From positions 22,155-86,154 of IMG/VR virus record IMGVR_UViG_3300010262_000137: DNA of 64,000 nucleotides; one strand, given 5' to 3'. Positions 47,290 through 57,243 of the stretch are shown here, one piece after another (position 1 is the first letter of the stretch; every line of letters begins with the position of its first letter). The notes under the pieces were generated by a model. That model did no database searches, was not told the DNA's origin, and saw only the letters and a list, made by a program, of their open reading frames with translations. The stretch is from a virus. Lineage: Duplodnaviria; Caudoviricetes. A program made the translations under genes and the position numbers.

Positions 47290-48336
47290 ATGTTAAAGAC
47301 AAAAAGAATAATAGAAGTGTTAAAAGGAAACAGTAAGTACTCTAAAAAAATAGATATGGCAAATGAAATTAAAGATGTTTTAGACGTTGATTCAGTACCT
47401 TTTAATCAAATTTTAGATAAACTTAATTCTAGGAAAATGAATGCATATGAGCTAGTACAAGTAGAAGGTTTTTTTAGTGAGTTTGGTTGTCTAGAAACAC
47501 CAATGACCTTTACAAAGATACAAGCAATAAATGAGGGAATGAATTATATTCCTAATGCACAGGGAGATATGGAACGTATTCAAAAAACTTTAATGACACC
47601 ACCTTTGCTTCCATCTGTTTACCCTGATGAAATAGAAAATTACAAATTAGGTTTTTTATATTCTACGCATGAAAATAATTTTAAGATTGAGACTTTAGAT
47701 TCGAAACATATTTGTATAAATGAGTATAATAAATTTGTGCCATTTCTTATTGATTCTGAAATGTATTATAAACACTGTCAAAAGTATGTTCGTATGATAG
47801 CGGAAATAGTTCCTCTAAATGAACAAATGATAGATACATTAATGAATATAGAGGATAAAGAATTAAAAGAGGTTATATCTTATTTTACTGATGAATATTA
47901 TCCATTTATTACTAGTTTCATACTAGTATGTAAGTATATTGAAGATGTCAATAAGGTTCAATACAAGTTAAATAGAACTATTTCTTTTACAGTAGAGTAT
48001 GAAATTTCTAATCCTAATATTACAGAAAATGTTATTCGTTCAAAATTTATGAAAGCATATAAAGTTATGAATGATTATAACTTACCGATTTCTTTTAAGA
48101 ACGATGACACTGAAATATGGTGTAATAGCAAGGAAGGAATTCAAGTAAGACTAAGAGATAATTATATAGGTTTTTACAAAGAAATTCATCCTGATAATTT
48201 GTCTGAATATCGAAAAGATATGGAAAATATAGAACATTATATTAATGAATTTTTATCTAAATTAAAGTTGAGATGTCAATTAAATTATATATCAGATTAT
48301 AGGCGAAAAAAGATATATGAATTTATAGCACAGTAA
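47290..48336 (+). CDS. Hypothetical protein, no recognised domain
   Basis: 348-aa ORF in ORF track. Confidence 0.7.
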   Translation: MLKTKRIIEVLKGNSKYSKKIDMANEIKDVLDVDSVPFNQILDKLNSRKMNAYELVQVEGFFSEFGCLETPMTFTKIQAINEGMNYIPNAQGDMERIQKTLMTPPLLPSVYPDEIENYKLGFLYSTHENNFKIETLDSKHICINEYNKFVPFLIDSEMYYKHCQKYVRMIAEIVPLNEQMIDTLMNIEDKELKEVISYFTDEYYPFITSFILVCKYIEDVNKVQYKLNRTISFTVEYEISNPNITENVIRSKFMKAYKVMNDYNLPISFKNDDTEIWCNSKEGIQVRLRDNYIGFYKEIHPDNLSEYRKDMENIEHYINEFLSKLKLRCQLNYISDYRRKKIYEFIAQ

Positions 48337-48426
48337 ATATTATCATCAAAAAAATGCTAAAGTTGTGGCAAATTTAATTTGTTGCAGCTTTTTTGTTTTA
48401 TAAATTTTTTAGAAAGGGGAGCGTTC

Positions 48427-51400
48427 ATGAAAAAAACATTGAATAGGTTAAGGAAAATATTTTTATCTTTATTATTAATTTTTTCTTCACTATATTTAGG
48501 TGGTATTCAAAATGTCAGTGCTTCGACTTTTATAACGCAAGATAAGAATAGCTATCACATTCCTTCACAATATTCATTTGAGATTAAATATAGTTCTCAA
48601 ACAACTGTTAAATTGTATTCACCACATGGGACATGGAGTGGTGAAAATGAAAAATCATTAACTGGTTTTACTGATAGTGATAAAGGAAAAGTCTATGCGT
48701 TATATAGTAATGTCGGAAGATATGATGGAAAGAATATTGATGCGAAAATCACTTATACAGATTGGAACAATCCTAAGAAGTTGATTTTCAATATCAAGGA
48801 AATTGGTATTGGTAACGCAACGCAGGCTGAAACTGGGGCGTACAATACAAGATGGATTGATGTAAAAGTTGAATATTTTGTAAGTGGAACAAGCACACCG
48901 ATTAATATTAATGGACATGGTGTTATTGGTGACTTAGATAAATTTGAAAGATTGGATTTATCAAATAGTAATATTTCAACAATTATATTTGATAGCAATC
49001 AAACTAGCAAATACGATAAAGTAAGCAATAACCTAATAGGAAGTAATGTAGGTGGAACTGGTAGTGCAGACGGAGCAAGTTTTGCTTACTTGTTTAGTGG
49101 AACTTCGACTACTTTCAGATGGCGAGGAGCGTACTTGACTTTTGGTAAGACACATTTATTTGATGTTGAACCTAAATATAACATCACAACATCAAGCACG
49201 AATGCAAGTATAACTGGCAATCAATATGATATTGTCAAAGGAACAAACAAGACTATTTCTTGGAGTGCGATTGATGGGTATTACATTTCATCAGTTGTTG
49301 TAGATGGTGTTAGTCAATCCATTTCTGATTATAGAGGTGGAAGTTATACATTCAACAGTATCAGTGCAAATCATACTGTCAGTGTCAGTGCAAGTCCATG
49401 CTATGTGATTACAACACAAGGCACTAATGCGACTATTACTGGTAATCAAGTGAAGATAGATCCTGATTCAAGTCGTACTATTTCATGGAGTGCAAATGAT
49501 GGATATTGGTTATCTAGTGTCATTGTTGATGGTGTTAGTCAATCAATACCGAATTACAGAAATGGAAGTTACACATTCAACAATATCAATGCTAATCATG
49601 ATGTAAAGGTTGTGGCAAATCCATGCTATAACATCACGACAGAAGTCGTGCATGGAAACATTACAGGAAATCAAACAAAGATAGACCCACATTCAAATAG
49701 AAAAATAGATTTTTCTGCTGAAAGTGGATATTATGTCAGTCAAGTTATCGTTGATGGAATAGCATACTCATATAAAGATTATGCAACATCTTACACTTTC
49801 AGTAATATCACAAGCAATCATCATATAAAGGTCATCTGTGAACCATTGAAAAATATTGTAACTGAAATTGAGAATGGTGTAATCACTAAGACAATGACGG
49901 GAGTACACCCAGACGAGATAAGAGATGTTATCTTCAATTCTTACTGGGATTACTATATTGATAGTGTTGTGGTAGATGGTACAAATGTAGCAGTTCAAGA
50001 TTTTGTAGAAGGAAACTATGAATTTAACACTGTTCAAACAGACCACTATGTTAAGGTTGTATGTCTACCAAAGCCAGTTGTCTATACTGAAATTACAAAT
50101 GGGGATATTACACCACAATTTAGCGTATACCCTCATGAAGATGGAAAGACAGTTGCAACAGCACATGAAAATTATTATATTTCTCGTGTTTTGGTAAACG
50201 GACAAGAAATCAATGATTTTGAGGAATATCAAAACACATATACATTTAAGGATATAACACAAGACCAACATATCTATGTTGAATGTGTGCCTATTCCAGA
50301 AATCGTATTAGATAAGACAACTGATAAAGATACATACAATTATAAAGATACAATTCATTATAATGTCAATGTGAAACAATCAGTAGAAAATGCAACTGCA
50401 ACAAATGTAACTGTTACAGATGTATTGCCATCCAATCTCAAAATCAAAGAAAATTCATTTGTTATTGATGGTGTCAATGAAGATAAATACCAATTAGAAA
50501 CAACTGAAAAGGGATTTAAGGCTGTCTTTGATGAAATCGGATATAACCAAGATGTCAATATATCATATGATGTTGAAGTGCAAGATATATTAATGGTAGG
50601 CAACAGCATAACAAACAATGTCTATGCAACTTGCGACCATTTCAACAATCAAGTACATGACAACATTACAAATAATGTCTTAAAACCAGTCTTGAATGTT
50701 GATAAATCGACTGATAGTGAAAAATACAATGTCAATGATATTGTTACATATTCTATTGATGTCAAACAGACTGTAGAAAATGCGAAAGCATTTGATGTTG
50801 TCTTGACAGATACAAATATGACAAGTGGAATTGATATAGATTATTCTTCAATAGAAGTCTTAGGGACTGATAAAGATAATTATACAATCAGTCAATTAGA
50901 TAAAGGGTTTAAGATTATCTTCAAGGAATTATCAAGTGAGGTAATAACTGTTACATATAACGGAAAGATTACTGATAATTCACTCGCTGGAAAGACAATA
51001 TCAAACAGTGCAACAGTAACAAGTCTTACAAGTGATGGAGTTCAAAAGGTAACTGTTACAAATGAAGTCTATAAACCAAATCTAGTTATTTCTAAGACAG
51101 CCGATAAAGATTATTACAATGTCTTAGATAACATTACATTCAATATTGCCTTATCTCAAAGCGTAGAGAATGCAAAAGCATTCAATGTCGTATTGACAGA
51201 TACAGATATATCAAATGGCATTGATATTGATTATTTTTCAATCAAGGTATTAGGAACTGATGAAGATAATTATACAATCAATCAATTAGATAAAGGATTT
51301 AAGATTATCTTCAAGGAATTATCTAATGAAAACATCAATGTTATATACAGTGGAAAGATTAATGATAATTCATTATCTGGAACTGATATAAGAAATTCTG

Positions 51401-54306
51401 TCAGTGCAACTTGCGATAACAATACTGATGTCGTAACATCAAGTGTTGTTAAGCCAGTATTAAAACCAAAATTAACTGTTTCTAAGACACAAGATAAGGA
51501 TAACTACAATGTTAAAGATAACTTGGTTTATACAATCAATGTCAAGCAAACTGTAGAAAATGCGATTGCTAATAATGTTGTGATTAAGGATTTGGATTTA
51601 ACAGATGGTATTGAATTGGATTTAGATACTATCAAGGTAAGTGGAATTGATGAAACATTATATGAAATCATCAAGAAAGATAATTCATTTGAAGTTGTAT
51701 TGAAATCACTTGCCTACAATCAAGAAGTCATTATTACAGTAAATGGAAAAGTATCTGATAATTCACTTGCTGGAGAAACAATCGAAAATAGCGTTTCTAC
51801 AAGTTGTGATAACAATACAAGCGTTGTTAAAGATACAGTTCAAGCAGATGTCTACAAGCCACAATTAGAAATAACTAAAAAGGCTGATAAGGACATCTAC
51901 AATGTATTAGATACAATCTCTTATACATTGAATGTCAAGCAAACTGTAAAAGGTGCAAGAGCAAATGATGTTGTTATCACTGATACATTGAATAGTGGAA
52001 TGACTTTAGATATGAAATCATTTGTTATTGATGGAATTGATAAAGATGATTATTCTGTTCAAAAGACAGATAAAGGATTTATCGTTAAAATCACTTCATT
52101 GGAAGATGAATGTACAATCACCTACAAAGCAAAAATTGAAGATGATGAACTTGCTGGTACAGATGTAATAAACAAGGCAAGTGTAACATCTTCAAACAAT
52201 ACTGATGTCGTAAAAACTGAAATAAACAGCAAAGTAGCAAAACCTACTTTAGAATTGACTAAGGTTGCTGATAAGCAAAAATACAATGTCGGTGATGTTG
52301 TCGACTATACTGTTACATTAAGACAGACAGATAAGAATGCAAAAGCATTCAATGTCTTATTGAAAGATAATGTCATGACAAAAGGTGTTGAATTAGATTA
52401 TTCTTCAATCACTGTTAAAGGATTGGAAGATGATAATTATAGTCTTGAAACATTTACCAATGGCTTTGACTTGATGATTAAAAGACTTGATTTTGGGATG
52501 CCAGTTGAAATTTCATTGAAAGCAAAAATTACAGACCCACAACTCGCAGAAAAAGAAATCATGAATATTGTCAATGCAAATTGCGATAACAACAAGGAAA
52601 TCGTCAATGCAAAGGCAGTTAGTGAAGTCTACAAGCCACAATTAGAGATAACTAAAAAGGCTGATAAGGACATCTACAACGTATTAGATACAATCACTTA
52701 TACATTGAATGTCAAGCAAACTGTAAAAGGTGCTAAAGCAAATGATGTTGTTATCACTGATACATTGAATGATGGTATGTCATTGAATATGAAATCATTT
52801 GTTATTGATGGAATTGATGAAGATGATTATTCTGTTCAAAAAACTGATAAGGGATTTATCGTTAAAATCACTTCATTGGAAGATGAATGTACAATCACCT
52901 ATAAGGCAAAAATTGAAGATTATGAACTTGCTGGTACAGATATTTTAAACAAGGCAAGTGTAACATCTTCAAACAATACTGATATCGTAAAAACTGAAAT
53001 AAATAGCAAGGTTGCAAAACCTACTTTAGAATTGACTAAGACAACTGATAAAGATTATTACAATGTTCATGATGTGATTGAATATAAGATAACTGCAAAA
53101 CAAACACAAGAAAATGCCATTGCTCATGATGTCATTATTAAGGACTTTGGAATAACAGATGGTGTTAAATTAGATTTAGATAGCATTAAGGTAACTGGAA
53201 TTGAGGACTATTCTATTAAAAAATTAGACAATGAATTTATTATCAATATTCCTATGATGAAAAATGAAAGCATTGATATAAGCGTGAAAGGAACAATTGA
53301 AGATAGTACATTAGCAAATAAAGAAATCCATAATCAATCATCTATCACTTGTTCAAACAATACTGATGTTGTAACTGCAACATCTAAAAGCAAGGTATTA
53401 ATGCCAGAATTTAAAATAACAAAAGCAGCTGATAAAGATTATTACAATATTGAAGATACAATTCATTATACAATCAAGGCAAAACAAACAGTAGAGAATG
53501 CGAAAGCGTTTGATGTTGTCTTAGATGATAGTCATATCAACAAAGGTGTTTCTATTGATAAGGAAAGTATCAAGGTAACTGGAATTGATGAAGATGATTA
53601 TGACATTGAATTTAAGGATAATGGATATTTGTTGGTTTATCTCAAATCAATGACAGATGAAGAAATCACGATAGAATATGATGGTGTGTTGATTGATGAA
53701 AGTCTTGCTGGTACTGAAATTATGCATGAGGTCTATATCTCATGTTCTAACAACCCTTATGTATCATCATGGAAAGACAATGTAACAAGTCAAGTCTTAA
53801 AGCCACAATGGGAATTATCAAAGATAGCAGATAAGAAAGAGGCTTATAAAGATGATACAGTTCATTATACAATCAAGGCAAAACAGACTATAGAAAATGC
53901 GAAAGCATTTGACATAGATATTGTTGATGAATTAGAAAGCAATCAAGAATTGATTGAAAATACAATCAAGATAACAAATGTGTCAGAGTCAGATAATGAA
54001 TATCAAATCATCACTTCTCAAAATGGATTTACAGTACATTTTGACGAGTTAATTGATGTTCAAGATATAGTGATTGAATATGATACCAAAGTTACTGATG
54101 ACTTAAAGGAAACATCTGTTAATGAAGTTTTGTTAAGTGATAGATACAATAGTATTAGTGCTTCATCAGAATTAGCTATAAAGAAGATGCCAACTATTGT
54201 GATTACTGAAGATCCATTTGTCAGTTCGGTATTTGTAACGACACTAGTTTTCTCGTTTGTAGGATTTATTTATCTATTAAAAGAAAAAGAAAATCAAAAT
54301 ATTTAA
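48427..54306 (+). CDS. Giant surface protein: Ig-like repeats followed by about ten DUF11/isopeptide-type repeats, C-terminal TM anchor
   Basis: Signal peptide; GY.I..V.VDG...Y.F..I...H.V repeats; KP.L...KTADK..YNV.D.I.Y repeats. Confidence 0.88.
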   Translation: MKKTLNRLRKIFLSLLLIFSSLYLGGIQNVSASTFITQDKNSYHIPSQYSFEIKYSSQTTVKLYSPHGTWSGENEKSLTGFTDSDKGKVYALYSNVGRYDGKNIDAKITYTDWNNPKKLIFNIKEIGIGNATQAETGAYNTRWIDVKVEYFVSGTSTPININGHGVIGDLDKFERLDLSNSNISTIIFDSNQTSKYDKVSNNLIGSNVGGTGSADGASFAYLFSGTSTTFRWRGAYLTFGKTHLFDVEPKYNITTSSTNASITGNQYDIVKGTNKTISWSAIDGYYISSVVVDGVSQSISDYRGGSYTFNSISANHTVSVSASPCYVITTQGTNATITGNQVKIDPDSSRTISWSANDGYWLSSVIVDGVSQSIPNYRNGSYTFNNINANHDVKVVANPCYNITTEVVHGNITGNQTKIDPHSNRKIDFSAESGYYVSQVIVDGIAYSYKDYATSYTFSNITSNHHIKVICEPLKNIVTEIENGVITKTMTGVHPDEIRDVIFNSYWDYYIDSVVVDGTNVAVQDFVEGNYEFNTVQTDHYVKVVCLPKPVVYTEITNGDITPQFSVYPHEDGKTVATAHENYYISRVLVNGQEINDFEEYQNTYTFKDITQDQHIYVECVPIPEIVLDKTTDKDTYNYKDTIHYNVNVKQSVENATATNVTVTDVLPSNLKIKENSFVIDGVNEDKYQLETTEKGFKAVFDEIGYNQDVNISYDVEVQDILMVGNSITNNVYATCDHFNNQVHDNITNNVLKPVLNVDKSTDSEKYNVNDIVTYSIDVKQTVENAKAFDVVLTDTNMTSGIDIDYSSIEVLGTDKDNYTISQLDKGFKIIFKELSSEVITVTYNGKITDNSLAGKTISNSATVTSLTSDGVQKVTVTNEVYKPNLVISKTADKDYYNVLDNITFNIALSQSVENAKAFNVVLTDTDISNGIDIDYFSIKVLGTDEDNYTINQLDKGFKIIFKELSNENINVIYSGKINDNSLSGTDIRNSVSATCDNNTDVVTSSVVKPVLKPKLTVSKTQDKDNYNVKDNLVYTINVKQTVENAIANNVVIKDLDLTDGIELDLDTIKVSGIDETLYEIIKKDNSFEVVLKSLAYNQEVIITVNGKVSDNSLAGETIENSVSTSCDNNTSVVKDTVQADVYKPQLEITKKADKDIYNVLDTISYTLNVKQTVKGARANDVVITDTLNSGMTLDMKSFVIDGIDKDDYSVQKTDKGFIVKITSLEDECTITYKAKIEDDELAGTDVINKASVTSSNNTDVVKTEINSKVAKPTLELTKVADKQKYNVGDVVDYTVTLRQTDKNAKAFNVLLKDNVMTKGVELDYSSITVKGLEDDNYSLETFTNGFDLMIKRLDFGMPVEISLKAKITDPQLAEKEIMNIVNANCDNNKEIVNAKAVSEVYKPQLEITKKADKDIYNVLDTITYTLNVKQTVKGAKANDVVITDTLNDGMSLNMKSFVIDGIDEDDYSVQKTDKGFIVKITSLEDECTITYKAKIEDYELAGTDILNKASVTSSNNTDIVKTEINSKVAKPTLELTKTTDKDYYNVHDVIEYKITAKQTQENAIAHDVIIKDFGITDGVKLDLDSIKVTGIEDYSIKKLDNEFIINIPMMKNESIDISVKGTIEDSTLANKEIHNQSSITCSNNTDVVTATSKSKVLMPEFKITKAADKDYYNIEDTIHYTIKAKQTVENAKAFDVVLDDSHINKGVSIDKESIKVTGIDEDDYDIEFKDNGYLLVYLKSMTDEEITIEYDGVLIDESLAGTEIMHEVYISCSNNPYVSSWKDNVTSQVLKPQWELSKIADKKEAYKDDTVHYTIKAKQTIENAKAFDIDIVDELESNQELIENTIKITNVSESDNEYQIITSQNGFTVHFDELIDVQDIVIEYDTKVTDDLKETSVNEVLLSDRYNSISASSELAIKKMPTIVITEDPFVSSVFVTTLVFSFVGFIYLLKEKENQNI
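51850..53040 (+). repeat. Near-identical ~414-bp intragenic duplication (51850-52263 and 52627-53040)
   Basis: Both start GTCTACAAGCCACAATTAGA and end CCTACTTTAGAATTGACTAAG, offset 777 bp. Confidence 0.9.
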
Positions 54307-54381
54307 TTATTAATGAGATGAGTTTTTATCTTTGGGTGAAAACTCTCTTTTATATATGCAAAAAAAAGAAAGGTGAATGAA

Positions 54382-55197
54382 ATGTATAAGAAAATTATTG
54401 TATTAATTATGTCCTTGCTATTTTTAACAGGTTGTTCCTTATTTAATAACAAAGTAGAGTTAACACATACAATACAGTTCAAAGATAGTAATGTAATAGA
54501 ATATGGCTCAGATATTAATTCATCTTCTTTTATCATTGCAGTTGATGATATATCGGTTAATCAAAGTAATATAGAAAAAAATAAATTATATATATCTAAT
54601 TTTTATGTTGAATGTCCTGATATTCCTAAGATTTTAGGCAAGCATCAGCTTGTTTATAAAATAGGCAAAGAAGAATATACTTTTGATATTGAAATCAAGG
54701 ATACAAAAGTACCTATAATTCAATTAAATAAAAGAAAGTATGTAATTGAAAGAGGTCAAGAATTAAAACTATCAGATGTAGCTTACAAAGTTAAAGATAA
54801 TTATTCTCAAGAAAAAAACATCAAGATTGAATTAAAAAAGAATGGTAATAATTATCAAATTATTGCAATTGATGAAAATGGAAATAAGTCTTTTGCTGAT
54901 ATTCAAGTTGATTTCAAAGAAATAAAAAAGGATGAAAATAAAAAAGATAATTCCACATCATCATCTAACAATTCAAAAGATACAAGCACAACTGATAATT
55001 CTTTGTCAACAAATAAACCATCTTCATCAAATAAACCAGCTACAAAGCTATTTACAATTGATACTTATGATGATTTAGAAACATGCGAGCAAGAATGCAT
55101 TGCATATATTGTCAGTTGCAAATACTCTGGTTCAGCAAGTGCAATTCCAATTAAGAGAGATGGTATATATTACGGCTATCAAGCCGTTTTTAATTAA
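54382..55197 (+). CDS. Lipoprotein with Ig-like domains
   Basis: LFLTGC lipobox; KDTKVPII. Confidence 0.75.
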   Translation: MYKKIIVLIMSLLFLTGCSLFNNKVELTHTIQFKDSNVIEYGSDINSSSFIIAVDDISVNQSNIEKNKLYISNFYVECPDIPKILGKHQLVYKIGKEEYTFDIEIKDTKVPIIQLNKRKYVIERGQELKLSDVAYKVKDNYSQEKNIKIELKKNGNNYQIIAIDENGNKSFADIQVDFKEIKKDENKKDNSTSSSNNSKDTSTTDNSLSTNKPSSSNKPATKLFTIDTYDDLETCEQECIAYIVSCKYSGSASAIPIKRDGIYYGYQAVFN

Positions 55198-55216
55198 TAT
55201 GATAGGAGGTGTTTAT

Positions 55217-55432
55217 ATGCTAGAATTTATTAAAAATCTATTTGGTTTTCCAGGTATACTTTTCTTTGTCGGTGGATGTATCATCAGTTTTTGTTTTTTA
55301 TCTACTCGTGTAAAAGAAGATAGTATAGAAAAAGGTGATGAAATATTCTTAACAATATTAAAAATTGCAGGTGTTACAATTGCTGGTGGATTAATAGTTG
55401 GAATTATATTTGCTTTAGGTTTTTTAAATTAG
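55217..55432 (+). CDS. Small two-TM membrane protein
   Basis: RBS AGGAGG before ATG 55217. Confidence 0.6.
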   Translation: MLEFIKNLFGFPGILFFVGGCIISFCFLSTRVKEDSIEKGDEIFLTILKIAGVTIAGGLIVGIIFALGFLN

Positions 55433-55448
55433 AGAGGAGATTAGGATA

Positions 55449-56264
55449 ATGGAAAACAATGAAAATAAGTTTGATGGTTTTGTCATTTCAAGAAAACAAG
55501 TGACAAGAGAATTAAACGGAAAAGTAAAATCAATTAATATACATAATCATGAATATGCAAGAATCATATTGCCATCTAATATTAATTATGGTGGTATATT
55601 AGATAAAGACAACAATCCAATTCATGTGTTACCAGAAGGTTCGGTTGCTACTTTTTTAGTACCATATAAATGTGTTCAGAATCATAGATATGATGATCAT
55701 AAGTCATATGTAAATGTTCCAAAAAATTATAAGTTTAGAATTTCTGTTGATTTAGGAACTACTGGAATGTTATTGGCCAATGGAAAAAGTGAACATGAGT
55801 GGACTTATATTCAAGGAGTAACTTTAGAACAAATGAAAGAATTTTTCAATCAAAATAAATTTGTTTCTTTTACAATTTCAAAAAATCAAAAGGGTGTTAA
55901 TTATCATACTCAGGACGGAAGTGAAAGAACCACTATCATTATTCCAAGTCAGGGAAAAGAATATGCAGGTGGAAGAATAGCGTGTTCACCTAAATGTTTT
56001 TATGATATACCAGGACATCCAAATATTTATCAAGTGAAATTACCTTGTCATGCACAATTCTCAATACAAAAAGGAGAGATAATTGGTGAAAATCCAACAA
56101 CTGGAAAACCTGTCTATGGAAATGTAAAAATTGTTGGAAAGAAAAATGGTTATGAAATTGCTCAAATGTTTGCTGCTCCTGAAAAAGAAGAAATAACTTT
56201 AAATAAAGAAAATTCTTCTCAAGTTGATAGCCTTAATGAACAAGGAGAAGATATTGAATTTTAA
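55449..56264 (+). CDS. Hypothetical conjugation-region protein with two similar halves
   Basis: F.IS..Q...IILP pattern occurs twice; ends EQGEDIEF. Confidence 0.65.
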   Translation: MENNENKFDGFVISRKQVTRELNGKVKSINIHNHEYARIILPSNINYGGILDKDNNPIHVLPEGSVATFLVPYKCVQNHRYDDHKSYVNVPKNYKFRISVDLGTTGMLLANGKSEHEWTYIQGVTLEQMKEFFNQNKFVSFTISKNQKGVNYHTQDGSERTTIIIPSQGKEYAGGRIACSPKCFYDIPGHPNIYQVKLPCHAQFSIQKGEIIGENPTTGKPVYGNVKIVGKKNGYEIAQMFAAPEKEEITLNKENSSQVDSLNEQGEDIEF

Positions 56265-56293
56265 TTTTTCAAAGAAAGGTGGGTTATATAAAT

Positions 56294-56587
56294 ATGAATA
56301 AAATCTTAATTACTGCAATTACACAATTAACTGTAGCTTCTGGATCGTTTGCACCATTAACAAATATTTTTTTAAATTTCTTGACACAATCGAGAATTTT
56401 CTTACAAAGCTTGACCGTTGGGGTAGTAACATGTATGTCAATTTATTATAAAATCAGAGAAATAACAGCTCATAATCAAGAAGAACAACAGTTTTCTCAG
56501 AAAACTGTAAATGTATTAATTGGATGTGCTTTTATTTTTGTGGTGCCAACTGTTGTAAATGTTATTAAAAGCTTTTTTAACGTATAG
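56294..56587 (+). CDS. VirB2/TrbC-like pilin
   Basis: Small, two hydrophobic helices, K..NVLIGCAFIFVVPTVVNVI; heads the T4SS cluster. Confidence 0.7.
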   Translation: MNKILITAITQLTVASGSFAPLTNIFLNFLTQSRIFLQSLTVGVVTCMSIYYKIREITAHNQEEQQFSQKTVNVLIGCAFIFVVPTVVNVIKSFFNV

Positions 56588-56610
56588 GTTTAGAAAGATA
56601 GGTGGTAAAC

Positions 56611-57243
56611 ATGAATGGAGTTTCAAATTATATTCCATATTGGTATGAAAAATTTGGAAAAGATTATATGCAAACTTGGATGAAGAAATATGAATTAGAA
56701 CCAACTTCTTTCGTTTTTAGATTTCAACCATCTCATCTGTTAGATAAAATTGAAAACTCAGATGATTTAATGGAATTTAGTGAATATGTAAATGGTTTTA
56801 AGGAATCTAAGTTAGTTTCATACTATGCAGCAGAATGTAATAATTTTTATCATATGAAGAATCAAATAACGCTTGAACTTGATGATACTGAAGATGAAGA
56901 TAATGATAATTTCAATGAAATCATTGAATTGGTGTGGGATAATATCCAAGATATTTCAATGAATGTTTCAGCTATCAAGGATTATTCGGAAAAAATCAAT
57001 AAGATATTTGAATTAACTAATCAAATTAATGACGTTTTATCGGGTTTAAATACAAAGCAAGTTGAAAAAAATGCTAAATTTCAACAAGTAAAAGAAATAC
57101 AAGATATGATCAAAGAACTTCAGACAAATATACTTCTACAAAATGATAAGTTTAGCACCATAAGGAAATTAAATTATAAAAGTATTGCTATAATGACTGT
57201 TGTAGCGATACTTTTCTTCATATTAGGAGGAATGTTATTATGA
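56611..57243 (+). CDS. Coiled-coil protein with C-terminal TM, conjugation region
   Basis: ORF track; overlaps the next gene. Confidence 0.65.
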   Translation: MNGVSNYIPYWYEKFGKDYMQTWMKKYELEPTSFVFRFQPSHLLDKIENSDDLMEFSEYVNGFKESKLVSYYAAECNNFYHMKNQITLELDDTEDEDNDNFNEIIELVWDNIQDISMNVSAIKDYSEKINKIFELTNQINDVLSGLNTKQVEKNAKFQQVKEIQDMIKELQTNILLQNDKFSTIRKLNYKSIAIMTVVAILFFILGGMLL

